A stretch of 63,844 nucleotides of DNA, counting the filler, from Vannella sp. (Eukaryota): assembly GCA_023345925.1 (NCBI GenBank). It is 6 parts of 6 records of this genome, joined end to end, with 100 filler letters (N's around TTAATTAATTAA, not from the genome) between each part and the next. Parts side by side here need not be neighbours in the genome. Positions count along the whole stretch, not along the records: positions 12,954 to 26,187 come from JAJQQN010001125.1; positions 26,288 to 34,208 come from JAJQQN010000954.1; positions 34,309 to 60,304 come from JAJQQN010001022.1; 3 more parts are not named here. The stretch is one strand, 5' to 3'. The notes under the pieces were generated by a model. That model was not told the origin of the DNA. It saw only the letters and a program-made list of their open reading frames with translations, and did no database searches. This document shows, one piece after another, positions 24,301 through 34,959 of the stretch (the stretch's first letter is position 1; each line of letters starts with the position of its first letter). The translations under genes were made by a program, and so were the position numbers.

Positions 24301-26036
24301 ATCCTCAGAAACAAGAACAATGTTGTTATCCAAATCCACAATAACGGTCTGTTCATTGCACAGTTAGCACCAAAGCACCCTCAGAAGCATCAGAATGGAA
24401 CTTACGTCACTTAAAACTTCAACTTCGCTCATACTTCCCGACATAATACCCAAGACAGTGGGAGTAGGAGCCTGGGTCAGCTCTAAAAGGTTTGGAGGTA
24501 CGATCGGAACAAAGGCAGTCTGCCATTCGAACGGATAGAGCAAAGAGAGGAACGCATGGGTCACATGATAGAGAAGGCTGGGGTTATTCGAAGTGAATAC
24601 CAGCTTCCGCTCGATAGTGAGAGCAGCAAAGACAGTAACGATGTTCTTTCTGTCCAAGCAGAGCAGAAGAGGTCGCATAGAGATCTCAAGGAGTGGGAAA
24701 TCGCCATGAGAAGGCGTGCGGAGGTACATTGGGGCACAGGGACCGTGAATCTCCAGCATTAGGTCGTTCCCTGGAGGAGGAGCGATGATCTCACCCACCA
24801 AATTGGTGAGGAAACGCTCAAGCGGGATCACCCAACCTGTTCCCTCCGACCGTGTTCGTGAATAGAGGTAGATCTGGGTCAGATACTCCTTAAAGAAGCG
24901 GTAGTGTTGAAACTTGGAGAGAATGATCAAGGCCTTGGTCATGTAGAGGCTTCCCCCGCTCTCCCGGACTTGTTCTAGTGACTCACCCGGTTCCTCCAGC
25001 CCCAGGCCATTGCGAAGGTCATCTGTCAAGGTCAAACTAGCTGAGCGCTTAAGCAAAGCACCCAGCTTGTACTCCTCTTCTGGTGTGGTCGTCCCGGAGG
25101 TGGAGGAGCGGCGAGCCATGTCCGGACCTGGAAGATCGGTGTCTGCTGCAAAGCCCCATTGGTTCTCATGGCGCTCAAGACGTCGCTTGCGAGGTGCAGG
25201 ACGAAGTACAGCATCTCCTAGAGTCTCTGTGTCACTGCCAGACTCTTGACGAGGAGATTCTTCCGGGGCGGATAGAACTTCAGAGCTCTGCCGGTGGAGG
25301 CTTCGTAGCTGTTCATCTAGATTCGAGGGGCCTAGAGGTCGGATGGGAGATGCTACAGAAGAAGGGAGATCGGCTGCAGTTGAGGTACGGCTGCGACTGC
25401 TGGAAGGGGCGGTTGCAGTTTGGCGCCATTCAGTGTTTGTTGGGGGTACAACTGCTCTTACTCGCCTCTTCTTTCGAAGAGGACTATCCACTTTCTTGTC
25501 TGATTGATTAGCGCCAGCCTTGGACTCACAGGGGCGAGTTTCGTTCTCTGGAAGTGATATCTCGTCGAAGAACTTTAAGCAGAAGGCGTAGTGACGATCT
25601 CCGTTGCCGAGAGTCTGTGTGGTTGCAAAGAAAGTAGGTTCAGAGGCATTGACACTCATCTGGATGCCTTCTGACATGCAGAACTGGTGGAAATGTGAGA
25701 AGCTGATCCTTCACTCCATCAATCAGAGACACCTACCATCGGCATCGACTGAACGACATCCCAGGAAGCCTGAGACTCCGGAAAGCAATCCAAAACAGTG
25801 GGCGTGAAGCCCATAGCGCCATGATCTCCCCCTGCATGAAGAGTCATCACCCACCCACTTTCCTTCAATCCTTTCCTACCTCTGAGGATAGGCTGAAGAG
25901 TGTCTTCCGGTGTAGCTCCAACAACCACAAAAGCATCCACCAAAGGGAAGAAGAGCTTGTCCAGGGAGGCCATCCCCTTTCCGCCCTCAACCAAATGACC
26001 CAATTTCGCTCCTTTCTTAATACCAATCAAAGACAT
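21374..26036 (-). CDS. DENN-domain protein with GRAM/PH-like and C-terminal DUF547 domains, multi-exon
   Basis: uDENN/cDENN motifs (DAFVVVG; IERKLVFTS; LLYPFEWQTAFVPIVP; APTPTVLG), a dDENN-like segment, a GRAM-like segment (GYLLLTQERVMF) and DUF547 motifs (FVNLYNTLLLHA; HGVLRHNR; DPCVIFAL). Confidence 0.82.
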
Positions 26037-26187
26037 GTTTGGTTTCTGTGTCGAATTCGCAATCCAGGCGGATTTTCAAGTTCTTTTGCTGGTGACCTCC
26101 ATCTCTTCACTTTTTGGTGCCTTTTCCATCGATTTAGGACTTTTCCGGCGAGACAGCGTTGTTCGACTTTGGCAACTGGGCAGGGAC

Positions 26188-26287
26188 NNNNNNNNNNNNN
26201 NNNNNNNNNNNNNNNNNNNNNNNNNNNNNNNTTAATTAATTAANNNNNNNNNNNNNNNNNNNNNNNNNNNNNNNNNNNNNNNNNNNN
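26188..26287. other. Artificial contig linker
   Basis: N44-TTAATTAATTAA-N44. Confidence 0.99.
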
Positions 26288-28065
26288 CGTCCTTCGCGTG
26301 AAGAATGAGCTCGGAGAGGATCTCACTCAATCAGATGGGATCCCCAATGTGGAGGCTTCATGGCAAATCGATGCAAGAGACCTGGAGTTCGGGGAGAGCC
26401 TGGGAAAGGGCAACTATAGAGAAGTGTTCGCGGGGACCTACTTCGGGACTGATGTCGCCATTAAGCGTATCAACGTGCAAGTGATGGGTGAAGATAACTT
26501 GGCCAAGTACATCAAGAGGGAGCTGGCTTGCTCCAAGCGAGTGCAGGAGCAAACAGGGAGCGAGGACGCTGACAAAGTCATCTTATATCAGGTACAGCCA
26601 CCCCAACATCGTTGGCTTCATCGATATTGGTGAAGAGGATGACGGGAAAACGGTTTGTCTTGTGACTGAGAGGATGCAATGCTCCCTCCGAGACATCCTC
26701 ACCAAAGCCAAAGAGAACGACGACATTCGCTGGGCCACTCGCATCGCACTTGCAAGTGACGGTGCTAAGGCTCTTGCCTTTCTTCATGCAAAGAAGATCA
26801 TCCATCGAGGTACTGTCCATCCAGTAAGAGCGCGAAAAGGGGAGCCTTATTGAGTCGGGTGTCAGACATCAAGTCTGAGAACTTGCTGGTGGACGAGAAC
26901 TATAAGCTGAAGGTCTGCGACTTTGGTTTCGCCCGCTCATGTGCACCAGAGAGGCGCACAATGACGATTTGCGGAACAGAAGAATGGATGGTATGACTTT
27001 TGGGCCTTCCATTCTTATTTCCTCGGCTATTACCCTTCTCACTGTGACTAGGCACCAGAGGTTACACTTGGAGAACCTTATAATAACGCAGCCGATGTTT
27101 ATTCCTTCGGGATTGTGCTTTTGGAGATACTTTCGGGAGAGAAAGTGTCTGGAACCTTCCCAAGATCGCCCCAAAACTTCTTCTCTCTCGATGTTACGGA
27201 AGCAAAGAAATTCATCCCTCAGAGAACCCCTTCTGGCCTCGCAAACTTGGCTTTTGATTGCTGTAAGGACGAACCGACGGAGAGACCAACTTTCCGGCAA
27301 GTGATTAAGCGTCTGAACGATATACGGAACGCCTATCAGCTAGCCGGGTGCTCTAGCGGTAATCTCTTGAAGAACACTGCCTTCCCAACGAAAACAAAAG
27401 CGGATGCCTTGGTGGTACTCCCTCCCACTTCTCCTAATCGTGCAGACTTTGATTGTGAAGATGAAAAGGTTTGGAAGAAGGCCACAGGAAGCAAAATCAC
27501 GGCCCGATGCAGCTTCCTCGAACTCAATGAGTTGGGAATCCGTTTTGAGAATGAATTGGAAATCGAAGAAGTCCTTATCCAACGATTCGGACTTCAAGGT
27601 GGAATCGGAAGCTGGTATGTGATTTCCAGTATAAGTTCTAGGACTAAGGGTTGCTATTGAAAGGGTTGTCATTGGTTACATTGCTCCCGATATCCTCGCC
27701 GTGGTGGGCCATGGCAATGGAGGAGTCGAAGAAATGCTCGAGAACCTGGCCAATGACGAAGTTCAGTACTGTCTGTTGCGCATTATGGCCAGTAAGGATG
27801 GGATTGCGTGCCATCGAGACGTCTTCGTCCTTTGGTCGGGACCGAATGTGAATGTTCTTTTGAGGGGAAAGAAGAAGACTCATCTTGGTGCCGTTCAGAA
27901 AGTATTGAGGGTGAGTCACTGCTTATCTGTTACCATTAACCACCACTAACCGGCAAGGAGAAGCCTTTTCACGCTGACCTGTTATCCTGCGACAAGGACC
28001 AGCTCAATGAAGACAACATTCGAGATCGTTCCGATCCGCTCTCGGGCTCACACGTAATTGAATGA
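26288..28065 (+). CDS. TKL (LIMK/TESK-like) protein kinase with C-terminal ADF-H/coactosin-like domain, 5'-truncated, multi-exon
   Basis: Kinase motifs LGKGNY, VAIK, HR|DIKSEN, DFGFAR, CGTEEWM|APE and DVYSFG. C-terminal W|VVIGY, GNGGVEEM, DEVQYCLLRI, VFVLWSGPNV and PFHAD. Stop TGA at 28063-28065. Confidence 0.87.
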
Positions 28066-28303
28066 AAAGAAAGCCTCTTGAGGAATCCATCAAGAACATT
28101 CACAAGGGAAGAGTCTCGTTGGTTCAAAACATCGGAAAGCGAAAGACACCAAACGTCTTTTGCCTTATTTTGATTATCTGCAGACAATCTTTTCGCCTCT
28201 GAAGGGGCGCGCGCGGTCCTATGGTGTAGTCGGTTATCACGTTTGACTTGGAATCAAAAGGTCATGAGTTCGAGTCTCATTAGGACCAGCACTTTTTGCC
28301 GTG

Positions 28304-29027
28304 ATGCTGGTTCTTCTTCCTGCGATTGCTTCATCGCACGAGTCTGCTTCTTTGGCCTTCATGTTGAGTGGATGGATAAGAACTCTCCTCTATTGCCAAC
28401 GGCAGTGCCAATCACTTTCGCTAGAGGCCACTTCTGAGCCATCGTCTGCTCTCGAGAAGCGACAAAAAGCATTCTTTGATCAGCTGGACCGAGTTATCTC
28501 TTCTCTGGCACCTGAAGGAGGGTCCACCTTGCCTTGGAGAGAAGTGCTCCTCCTGTTTGGCAACCCTTCCCTTCCGGAAGAGATTCACCACATGTTTCTC
28601 CCCTCTTGTCGTGATCGCTCCACCGAAGATGCATCTCAAGGAGAAACAAAGGTGTGGCAACGCCACCTCCTCCGTCAGATGATAACGTTCGACTCTCAAC
28701 AGCCCACAAGCGGCCTCGGTGAGCTCTCCTCCGTCCTCTGTACTTGCTGTTAACGTTTCTTGAGGTTCCACAACCACAACTTTCATGGTCAAAGGCCCCC
28801 GCGGAGTGAACCGCGAAGGCTGCCGCCCGAAAGTCCACTTTGATCCGCAACGTCTCAAGGCAAGGAAGGGGACAAGGACCAGAGAGATTGTTGTTCAGAA
28901 GGAGGAGGAAGAACAACATCAAGAGGCTCTCACAGAGTTGATTTGGTATCAAATCGATGTCGCATTGCGCGGTTTGCCCCAAAATGACCGCCAAGACACC
29001 TCTGACGATTGGTTGGAGGAGGATTAG
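28304..29027 (+). CDS. MAD2L1BP: p31comet (MAD2L1-binding protein, HORMA family), 2 exons
   Basis: IRTLLYCQRQ, EVLLLFG-NPSLPEE, RHLLRQMI, FMVKGPR..CRPKVHF and LIWYQIDVALRGL parallel the p31comet motifs I recall. Intron 28719-28764. Confidence 0.75.
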
Positions 29028-29074
29028 GTTCTCTGTTGGAGTGCGAAGCTTCCTCGACGTCCAAGAACACTTTA

Positions 29075-31751
29075 TTAACGGCGTTTGGAAGTGGCAGCCT
29101 TCTTGGAGACGTTAAAGTGATGCTGCTCCTCTTGGAGAGAGTGCATAATGGACTTGAGCTTATCTTTGCGCTCTTTGTCTTCCTCCAAGCGCTTCTTCAG
29201 CCTCTCATTCTCAATGAATACGCTGTCTTTCTTGAGTTCCCTCATAGCGCCCTTCTTCTCCGACTTGACTTGCTTCTTGAGGGCTCTCAGACGAGCCCGT
29301 TCCTGGTTCTTGTCATAATCACGGCCAGGGACATACGCCTCCACGAAGATGGGCGCTAAAGACCGAATCGGCATTGGCTTCAACTCCTTGAAAGTGAGCG
29401 GCTTTCTCTCCTGGAGGTCACTATTGATCTTCTGGTCAAGCTGCCTCAACGTGGCACTGACGAACTCTGCCAGTGAGGGGGGCAATGTGCTCTTTCCTAA
29501 GGCTCGTAAGAGGTTTGAAAAGGGGGTGAAGAGTTCCATGTAGCATTCGTAGTCTTCGTAAAGGGAGGCGAACTGTCCAATCAATGTGACGGCGACGAAG
29601 AGTGCGTTGAACCTGATTTGGTGAGGATTGGCAGTCCAGTGGAAGGACTTACCTCTCTGAAAGATCTTCCTTCTCACTAAGGTTAGGAGTGGAGGTGAGC
29701 ACTTGCCGGACGGGAACGGGAGATACAACCAGATTGCTGATTGCTTTCTTCTCTCGTTTGTTCCATTGTCGGGAGACAGAAAGGAGGCTCACCATCTTCC
29801 GCGTTGCGGAGGTGAACAAAGGGTGTTTCGTTTGGTTCAAAGCTCCCAAGAGGACCAATTGCAAGAATGACATCACTTCCGGTACGAACCGACGGGCAGG
29901 TGCGACGTACTAAACGCGTTGTTTCTCAGCGTTTGGGATTCTCTTTTACAAATAAACTTACTTGGTGGAGGAGGGAGCATACAAAGAGCTTAGACATGAC
30001 TCCAGAGAACGTCCGGACGGGTAAATAGGTGATGAAGCGGTTCATCAGAAGCAGTGCGGGTGTGACAACTGGATGCTGGAAGTCTGAGACTGGGAATAGG
30101 CCAACAACTACTTTGAAGAAGTAGAGCTCGCTCGTCTTCCACACTAAATCACTCTTTGCCTTCCTTTCTGTGTCCTCGGTATCTATCAGGGCCTCATCAA
30201 GGGCCTGGTGCATCCCAATAAGCTTCTCTTTGATGAATTGAACCCCTGTGATCGCAATAGGAGGAAGCAGAGTGAAGAGAGCCTGTGCCAGAATGTCCAA
30301 CACTTCTGTGCCACCATTATCTGCCTGGTCAGGGAGGACAGGCTTATCCACAACCCATTCAAAGTAATGAATTGTCAACTCAAACATCCGCTGGAGCTCC
30401 TGCTTGAAGGAGGGTCCCAGATTAGCGTTGTTGCTCGCGACAATCCGCGCCACGATCGTTCGCAACTGGGCGGGCGATCGGCCGTGGAAGAGTCGCTGGA
30501 GGTCTGCAAGAGACTGAGGGACAGCTATGAGGAAGGGGATAGCGTCTTCTCTCAAGCTGTTCTCGATCAATTGGAGCTCCTTCTCGGTGAGAGGTTTCGG
30601 AGGTTCCTTCTTGCGCTCTGCCTTCTTTCCCTTTCCTTTGTAGTTCCTTCGAGATCTAGGCTCCTCTTTAGGCGTCTCTGGTTCGTCTTTTCCCTCTTCC
30701 TCTTCGTCAGAGCTGTCATCCTCCTCTTCCTCCTCCATTTCCTCGTCCTCTGGCTCCTCTTCTGGCTCCTCATCATCGCTAAGACCCAGCATGCGACGCT
30801 CCCTCATCTTCTCGAGTAAAGCAAGGCGGTCTCTGTGCTTCTGAGCGATCTCCTCGTCGGTGGGGAGGCGGTTGAGGGGCTTTGCTCGTACTTCAAAGGC
30901 CAGCTCGCGCGTCAGCATATCAAACTCGTCTCCTGCTTCCTTGAGGTTTCCATCTTTCCACATGCCAGACAGATGGGGTAGCAGGACGCTGAGTTCGTCG
31001 TCGAGCTCTTGGGTGAGTGCGATGCTCTCTTCCCGCTCTTTCTGGTGCATTTGCTTGTAGAACTTGCTCTTAGCTACAACCTCCTTCATGATCTCTTCTC
31101 TGTTCCGCCCCTGCGCGCCTCCTTCAACCTTCTGGAAGATGCCACCGCCAAAGTGGTAGTCAGACACGATCTCGCCTCCTACTTCCTCCTCATCGTCGCT
31201 GCCCTGCTCAAAGAGTGATCAGAAACCTACAAATATCATCCATATACAATGGAGTAGAGAGAGGGCCGAGGGAGAGGAGAGAGAAGGAGAAAGAGAAGTG
31301 ATCGCACCATGTAATCGTCAAAGGAGTCCAATTCAGAGAGGGACTGGCCTAGATGGGTGAGGCTCTCCTCTTGGTCTTCAAGGGAGAAGAGACTCTTCTT
31401 CAGAAGCTTCTTCTGCTTCTCCTTCTGGTAACGAGCGAGCATCTTCTCTTCATGGGAGAGTGATTCGTCTTGCTCGCCGATCCGCATGTCAATGAAGGCA
31501 TTGACACTCTCTCGTTGCTGGAGTTCCACTCGAAGAGTCTTCTTCCGTGCTTCTAAGGCTGCCGAGCGGACCTGCCCCAAAGCTTCCTCCGACTTGGGGC
31601 GTTGACCCACGACCACGTGCTTCTGCTTGAGCTTTCGTTTCTCAAAAGGGTTCTGTTTGGCGATGGGTGCTGCAAGAGACCTTCGTTGGTTCTTCTGATC
31701 GGCAATGGAAGCGCCTCCTTTCTTCTTGTTCCCTTTGCTCTTCTTGGTCAT
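29075..31751 (-). CDS. NOP14: Nucleolar protein Nop14, multi-exon
   Basis: NPFE, RKKTL, FIDMRIGE, LTHLGQSL, HFGGG, EVVAKSK, FPVSDFQHPVVTPA, RFVPEV and EKKGAMRELKKD. Confidence 0.95.
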
Positions 31752-31953
31752 CAGGAAATGCCGAAATGATCACATTTTAGCGAATTTGATGACAATTGCG
31801 ATTTTCAACAAGGAACATCAGAACAAGAAGTTGCATTTCCCTAATTATAGCTGGTGGGGGCATCGCAAGTTCGTCGTTTTGACAGCCGAAAATAGAAATT
31901 CCACCAATTATGTCAAAATATTTCTTTCTGCATTCTTCGCAACTTCACATAAA

Positions 31954-32228
31954 ATGGAGATTTTCCAGGAATTCGTCCAAATATGTTCCGAGCACGACAC
32001 CAAGTGATCGCTTCTTTCTGTGGTCGTTGGCTTTGGAACAGTTCTTGCTGCTACTCTGGTTTTCGCATGGTTCCCTCCCCAAGGTCTGCGATGCGCGGTT
32101 GCAGAGCGGTTTGGCGCTTCTTCGCCAACTTAACAAAGGGAAGCTCTGCATGCTCCAACAACACGAAAGAGAGCCCCCTTCACACGGCCCCCTTCCAAGA
32201 ATATGAGGGAGGCCCTACGGTGTTCCTA
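31954..32228 (+). other. Candidate small single-pass membrane protein gene with an in-frame TGA (readthrough, pseudogene or sequence error)
   Basis: AAAATG at 31954 gives MEIFQEFVQICSEHDTK-TGA-SLLSVVVGFGTVLAATLVFAWFPPQ. A plausible GT...AG intron follows. The 3' end is uncertain. Confidence 0.3.
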
Positions 32229-32518
32229 ATACCTGTCTATCGAACGTAAATACTCGGATAATCCATCCTTCTCTGTACAGCTTCCTTCCCACCCTTCTCT
32301 CGGAGCTCCTGTAACCATAAACAGCTCCCTCTCTCTCTCCCTCTCTCTCCGTCTCTCTATTAGAACGCTGTTCCTTACTTATCCGGCCGAGAAGGCGTTG
32401 TGTAAGAAGTAAACAAAAAGGGCCGGAAAAGGAACATGAGTGTGGCCCGGCCTTTCGCTCTCTATTCACTCGGTGGTGGGGTTGACGTCAGAATCTGGTA
32501 GGATCTTCGTGTTTCGCA

Positions 32519-34085
32519 TTATCGTCTTCGGGCTGAGATCGATTGAAGAAGCGTTGGAGTGACTGCTTGGCTCGTCGGCCTTTCCGGACGGTCAAGGCCG
32601 GGGCACCGCAAACCAAAGTCAGGGACGCCCACAATTCCTACCATTCCGATCAATGCCACAGTGATCGTCCGGTCATCGGGGTCATCCACAAAGTCTCGGG
32701 AACCGATCACTTCTTTCACCAGCCGAGGATAAAAGAATGCAGCCGACTCCACCCACGTTTCTTCTTTCTCCTGGTTCGTCACTGAGGTTAGCTTATCCAA
32801 AAAGTAACTGAAATTCAACCCACCCCGTGATTGGGGTCGTCATAGAACCAATTCCAGTGCTTTCTGAAAGCACATAAGTGTCTTACAGCCGAGTGACAAA
32901 GAAACTTACTTGCAGTTGGAGCAAAGCATATCCGGACATCCTGACACTCTGATAGTATCTAATCCACAGTGCTGGCACTTTTTAACTTTGTTCTTCTTCT
33001 TCCACTTGGTAGTCCTTCACAAGTCAACTCGATTCGGTTGATTGGGCCCAAACCTTGATTGAGATTCAGGAAGTGACTTACTTTGGATCATCAGGAATCT
33101 CTGCAAGGCGTGCCTCTTCACAGGAAGTCCCTTCATGCCATTTGTGCGAGCATTCGTAGCAGAAGTCCCTTTGGCAGGTTGGACATTCAATCTTGTTCCC
33201 AAAGGCCCCCCCATTTTCACCTAATGTCACAGACTCACATCCCTCCCATGGACACCATCGAGCTGTTGGATCAGCCTTCAAACAGGCCAGTAATGAAAGG
33301 TTCTGAAAGCGCTTGAAAGTGTCTTGGTCAACGATCTGTTGGATCTTCGGATTCTCACAGTAAGTCTCCGAATGGGCGCGTGGGCGGGCTCCTCACTTCG
33401 TAATGAGTGATAGCACATTCACATCCGCTCTCCAAGCAACGTATATCGTTGACAGCTCCCGATTCGATCGCGTTGTTAAGGAAGCCCCTCAAACACTGAT
33501 CTTTGGGTTACTGGGAGGACCGGCAACGTCCAGTCGTGTACCAACCTCAACACAGAATTGGTGTAAACATAGGCCAAAGAGAAACCCATCTTCAGGCAGC
33601 ACATCGTCTTCGTAACAGATTGAACAAGAGAAAGGTGACAGAGGGCGGTTCAGCTCCTTCTCTGGTTGAGCGGGGCTCCAAGCTTCCTCATCCATCACAC
33701 TAATAGGAAGTTCCATTGCCTGTTCCCGATGTTCAGGAAGGGTAATGAATGATTCCTGTTCCTCCCATTCAAAGTGGTTCGCGTGTGCTTCAACCTCCTC
33801 CCCCATCCATCCTCCATCGTGGTTGTCAGGAAGAGGGTTATTGTTGAGCAACTCGGTGATGCGTTCATGCAGCTCAATCTGTTGCTCAATACGGTCCATC
33901 TCGCCTCTCTCCAGTGAGGCTTGAATGGTCAAGGACAGCATTCCCTGCAGCTCCATCAGAGTCCCTTCAAACTGCACCGCTTGACTACTCCGCAACATCG
34001 AAGCTGAATGCAACGCTTCCTGAAACGAGACCAAAGTAGACTCCACACGCGGGATGAGCTGGGAAGCCCTCGTCAAGTCCTCCAT
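32519..34085 (-). CDS. RBR (RING-IBR-RING)-type E3 ubiquitin ligase, multi-exon, 3' end approximate
   Basis: RING1 CSICYED..CLHQFC, IBR RWCPWEGC..CPTC...FCYEC..WH..SC, and a RING2-like KKCQHC...GCPDMLCSNC. A hydrophobic segment lies near the C-terminus. Confidence 0.8.
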
Positions 34086-34208
34086 CGCAACAAATGCCCA
34101 ACCTCTCTTGAAGCCTTGACGACACAAGTTCCGCAAATGATGTATTCCATCAGTTTCGTACATTTCCCTTGCATTTCCCTTCGTCTCCCATTGCCCCTTC
34201 ATTTCCCC

Positions 34209-34308
34209 NNNNNNNNNNNNNNNNNNNNNNNNNNNNNNNNNNNNNNNNNNNNTTAATTAATTAANNNNNNNNNNNNNNNNNNNNNNNNNNNNNNNNNNNN
34301 NNNNNNNN
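34209..34308. other. Artificial contig linker
   Basis: N44-TTAATTAATTAA-N44. Confidence 0.99.
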
Positions 34309-34833
34309 CAGTTTCTTCTCGATTACCACCATCTCGAATTGGGGACACCAGCTTGGGTCCATCCAGCTTGGTCACAATTCATCTCCCTCTTAGGAAATGC
34401 TATGATCACCAAAGCTACATTCAGAGGTGCGTTTGTGTCTTTGCAGCAGGCAGTGAAGAGGGAGTACCGTGGTAACAAGGTTTCCCGAAAACATTGGAAA
34501 GCCAAAGCGAAGGAGCAACCTTCTGTAGATGAGCTCCAATTCTCAAATGACCGAACAGAAGGACGTTTAATCCGGTTCCTGGATAACCTCCTGAGTTCAG
34601 ACAGCTTGCGGGAATCATCAGGGTTTTCGGACGCCTTGCCAGACACTTCCAATGAAGACTTGACCTCAGTAATGAAGCGACTCCGAGCGCATGACACAAA
34701 CAAGTGGGAAGGCATTCCTTTCCCGGACTCGTTTCTGAATCCTCGAAGCTCGAAGATGGTGGAAACGTGGATGTGGCAAACCCACAAGCTACCGGCTGGA
34801 ACAGTGGAAACCTTTCCCATGATTCACAATTGA
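34309..34833 (+). CDS. Hypothetical protein, C-terminal fragment
   Basis: Open frame from near the contig start to TGA at 34833, followed by an AT-rich spacer before REV3. No recognised motif. Confidence 0.45.
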   Translation, partial: QFLLDYHHLELGTPAWVHPAWSQFISLLGNAMITKATFRGAFVSLQQAVKREYRGNKVSRKHWKAKAKEQPSVDELQFSNDRTEGRLIRFLDNLLSSDSLRESSGFSDALPDTSNEDLTSVMKRLRAHDTNKWEGIPFPDSFLNPRSSKMVETWMWQTHKLPAGTVETFPMIHN

Positions 34834-34959
34834 ATGGCTCGAGGACGGCGGATAAAATCAAGTCTTCGTACAAAAGGAAAAGAGGGTTTTACGCAATCTT
34901 ATCGAAAAATTCCACGAATATGAATTTTCTCTTTACCGTTTGCATTTTTTGTTGATGGC

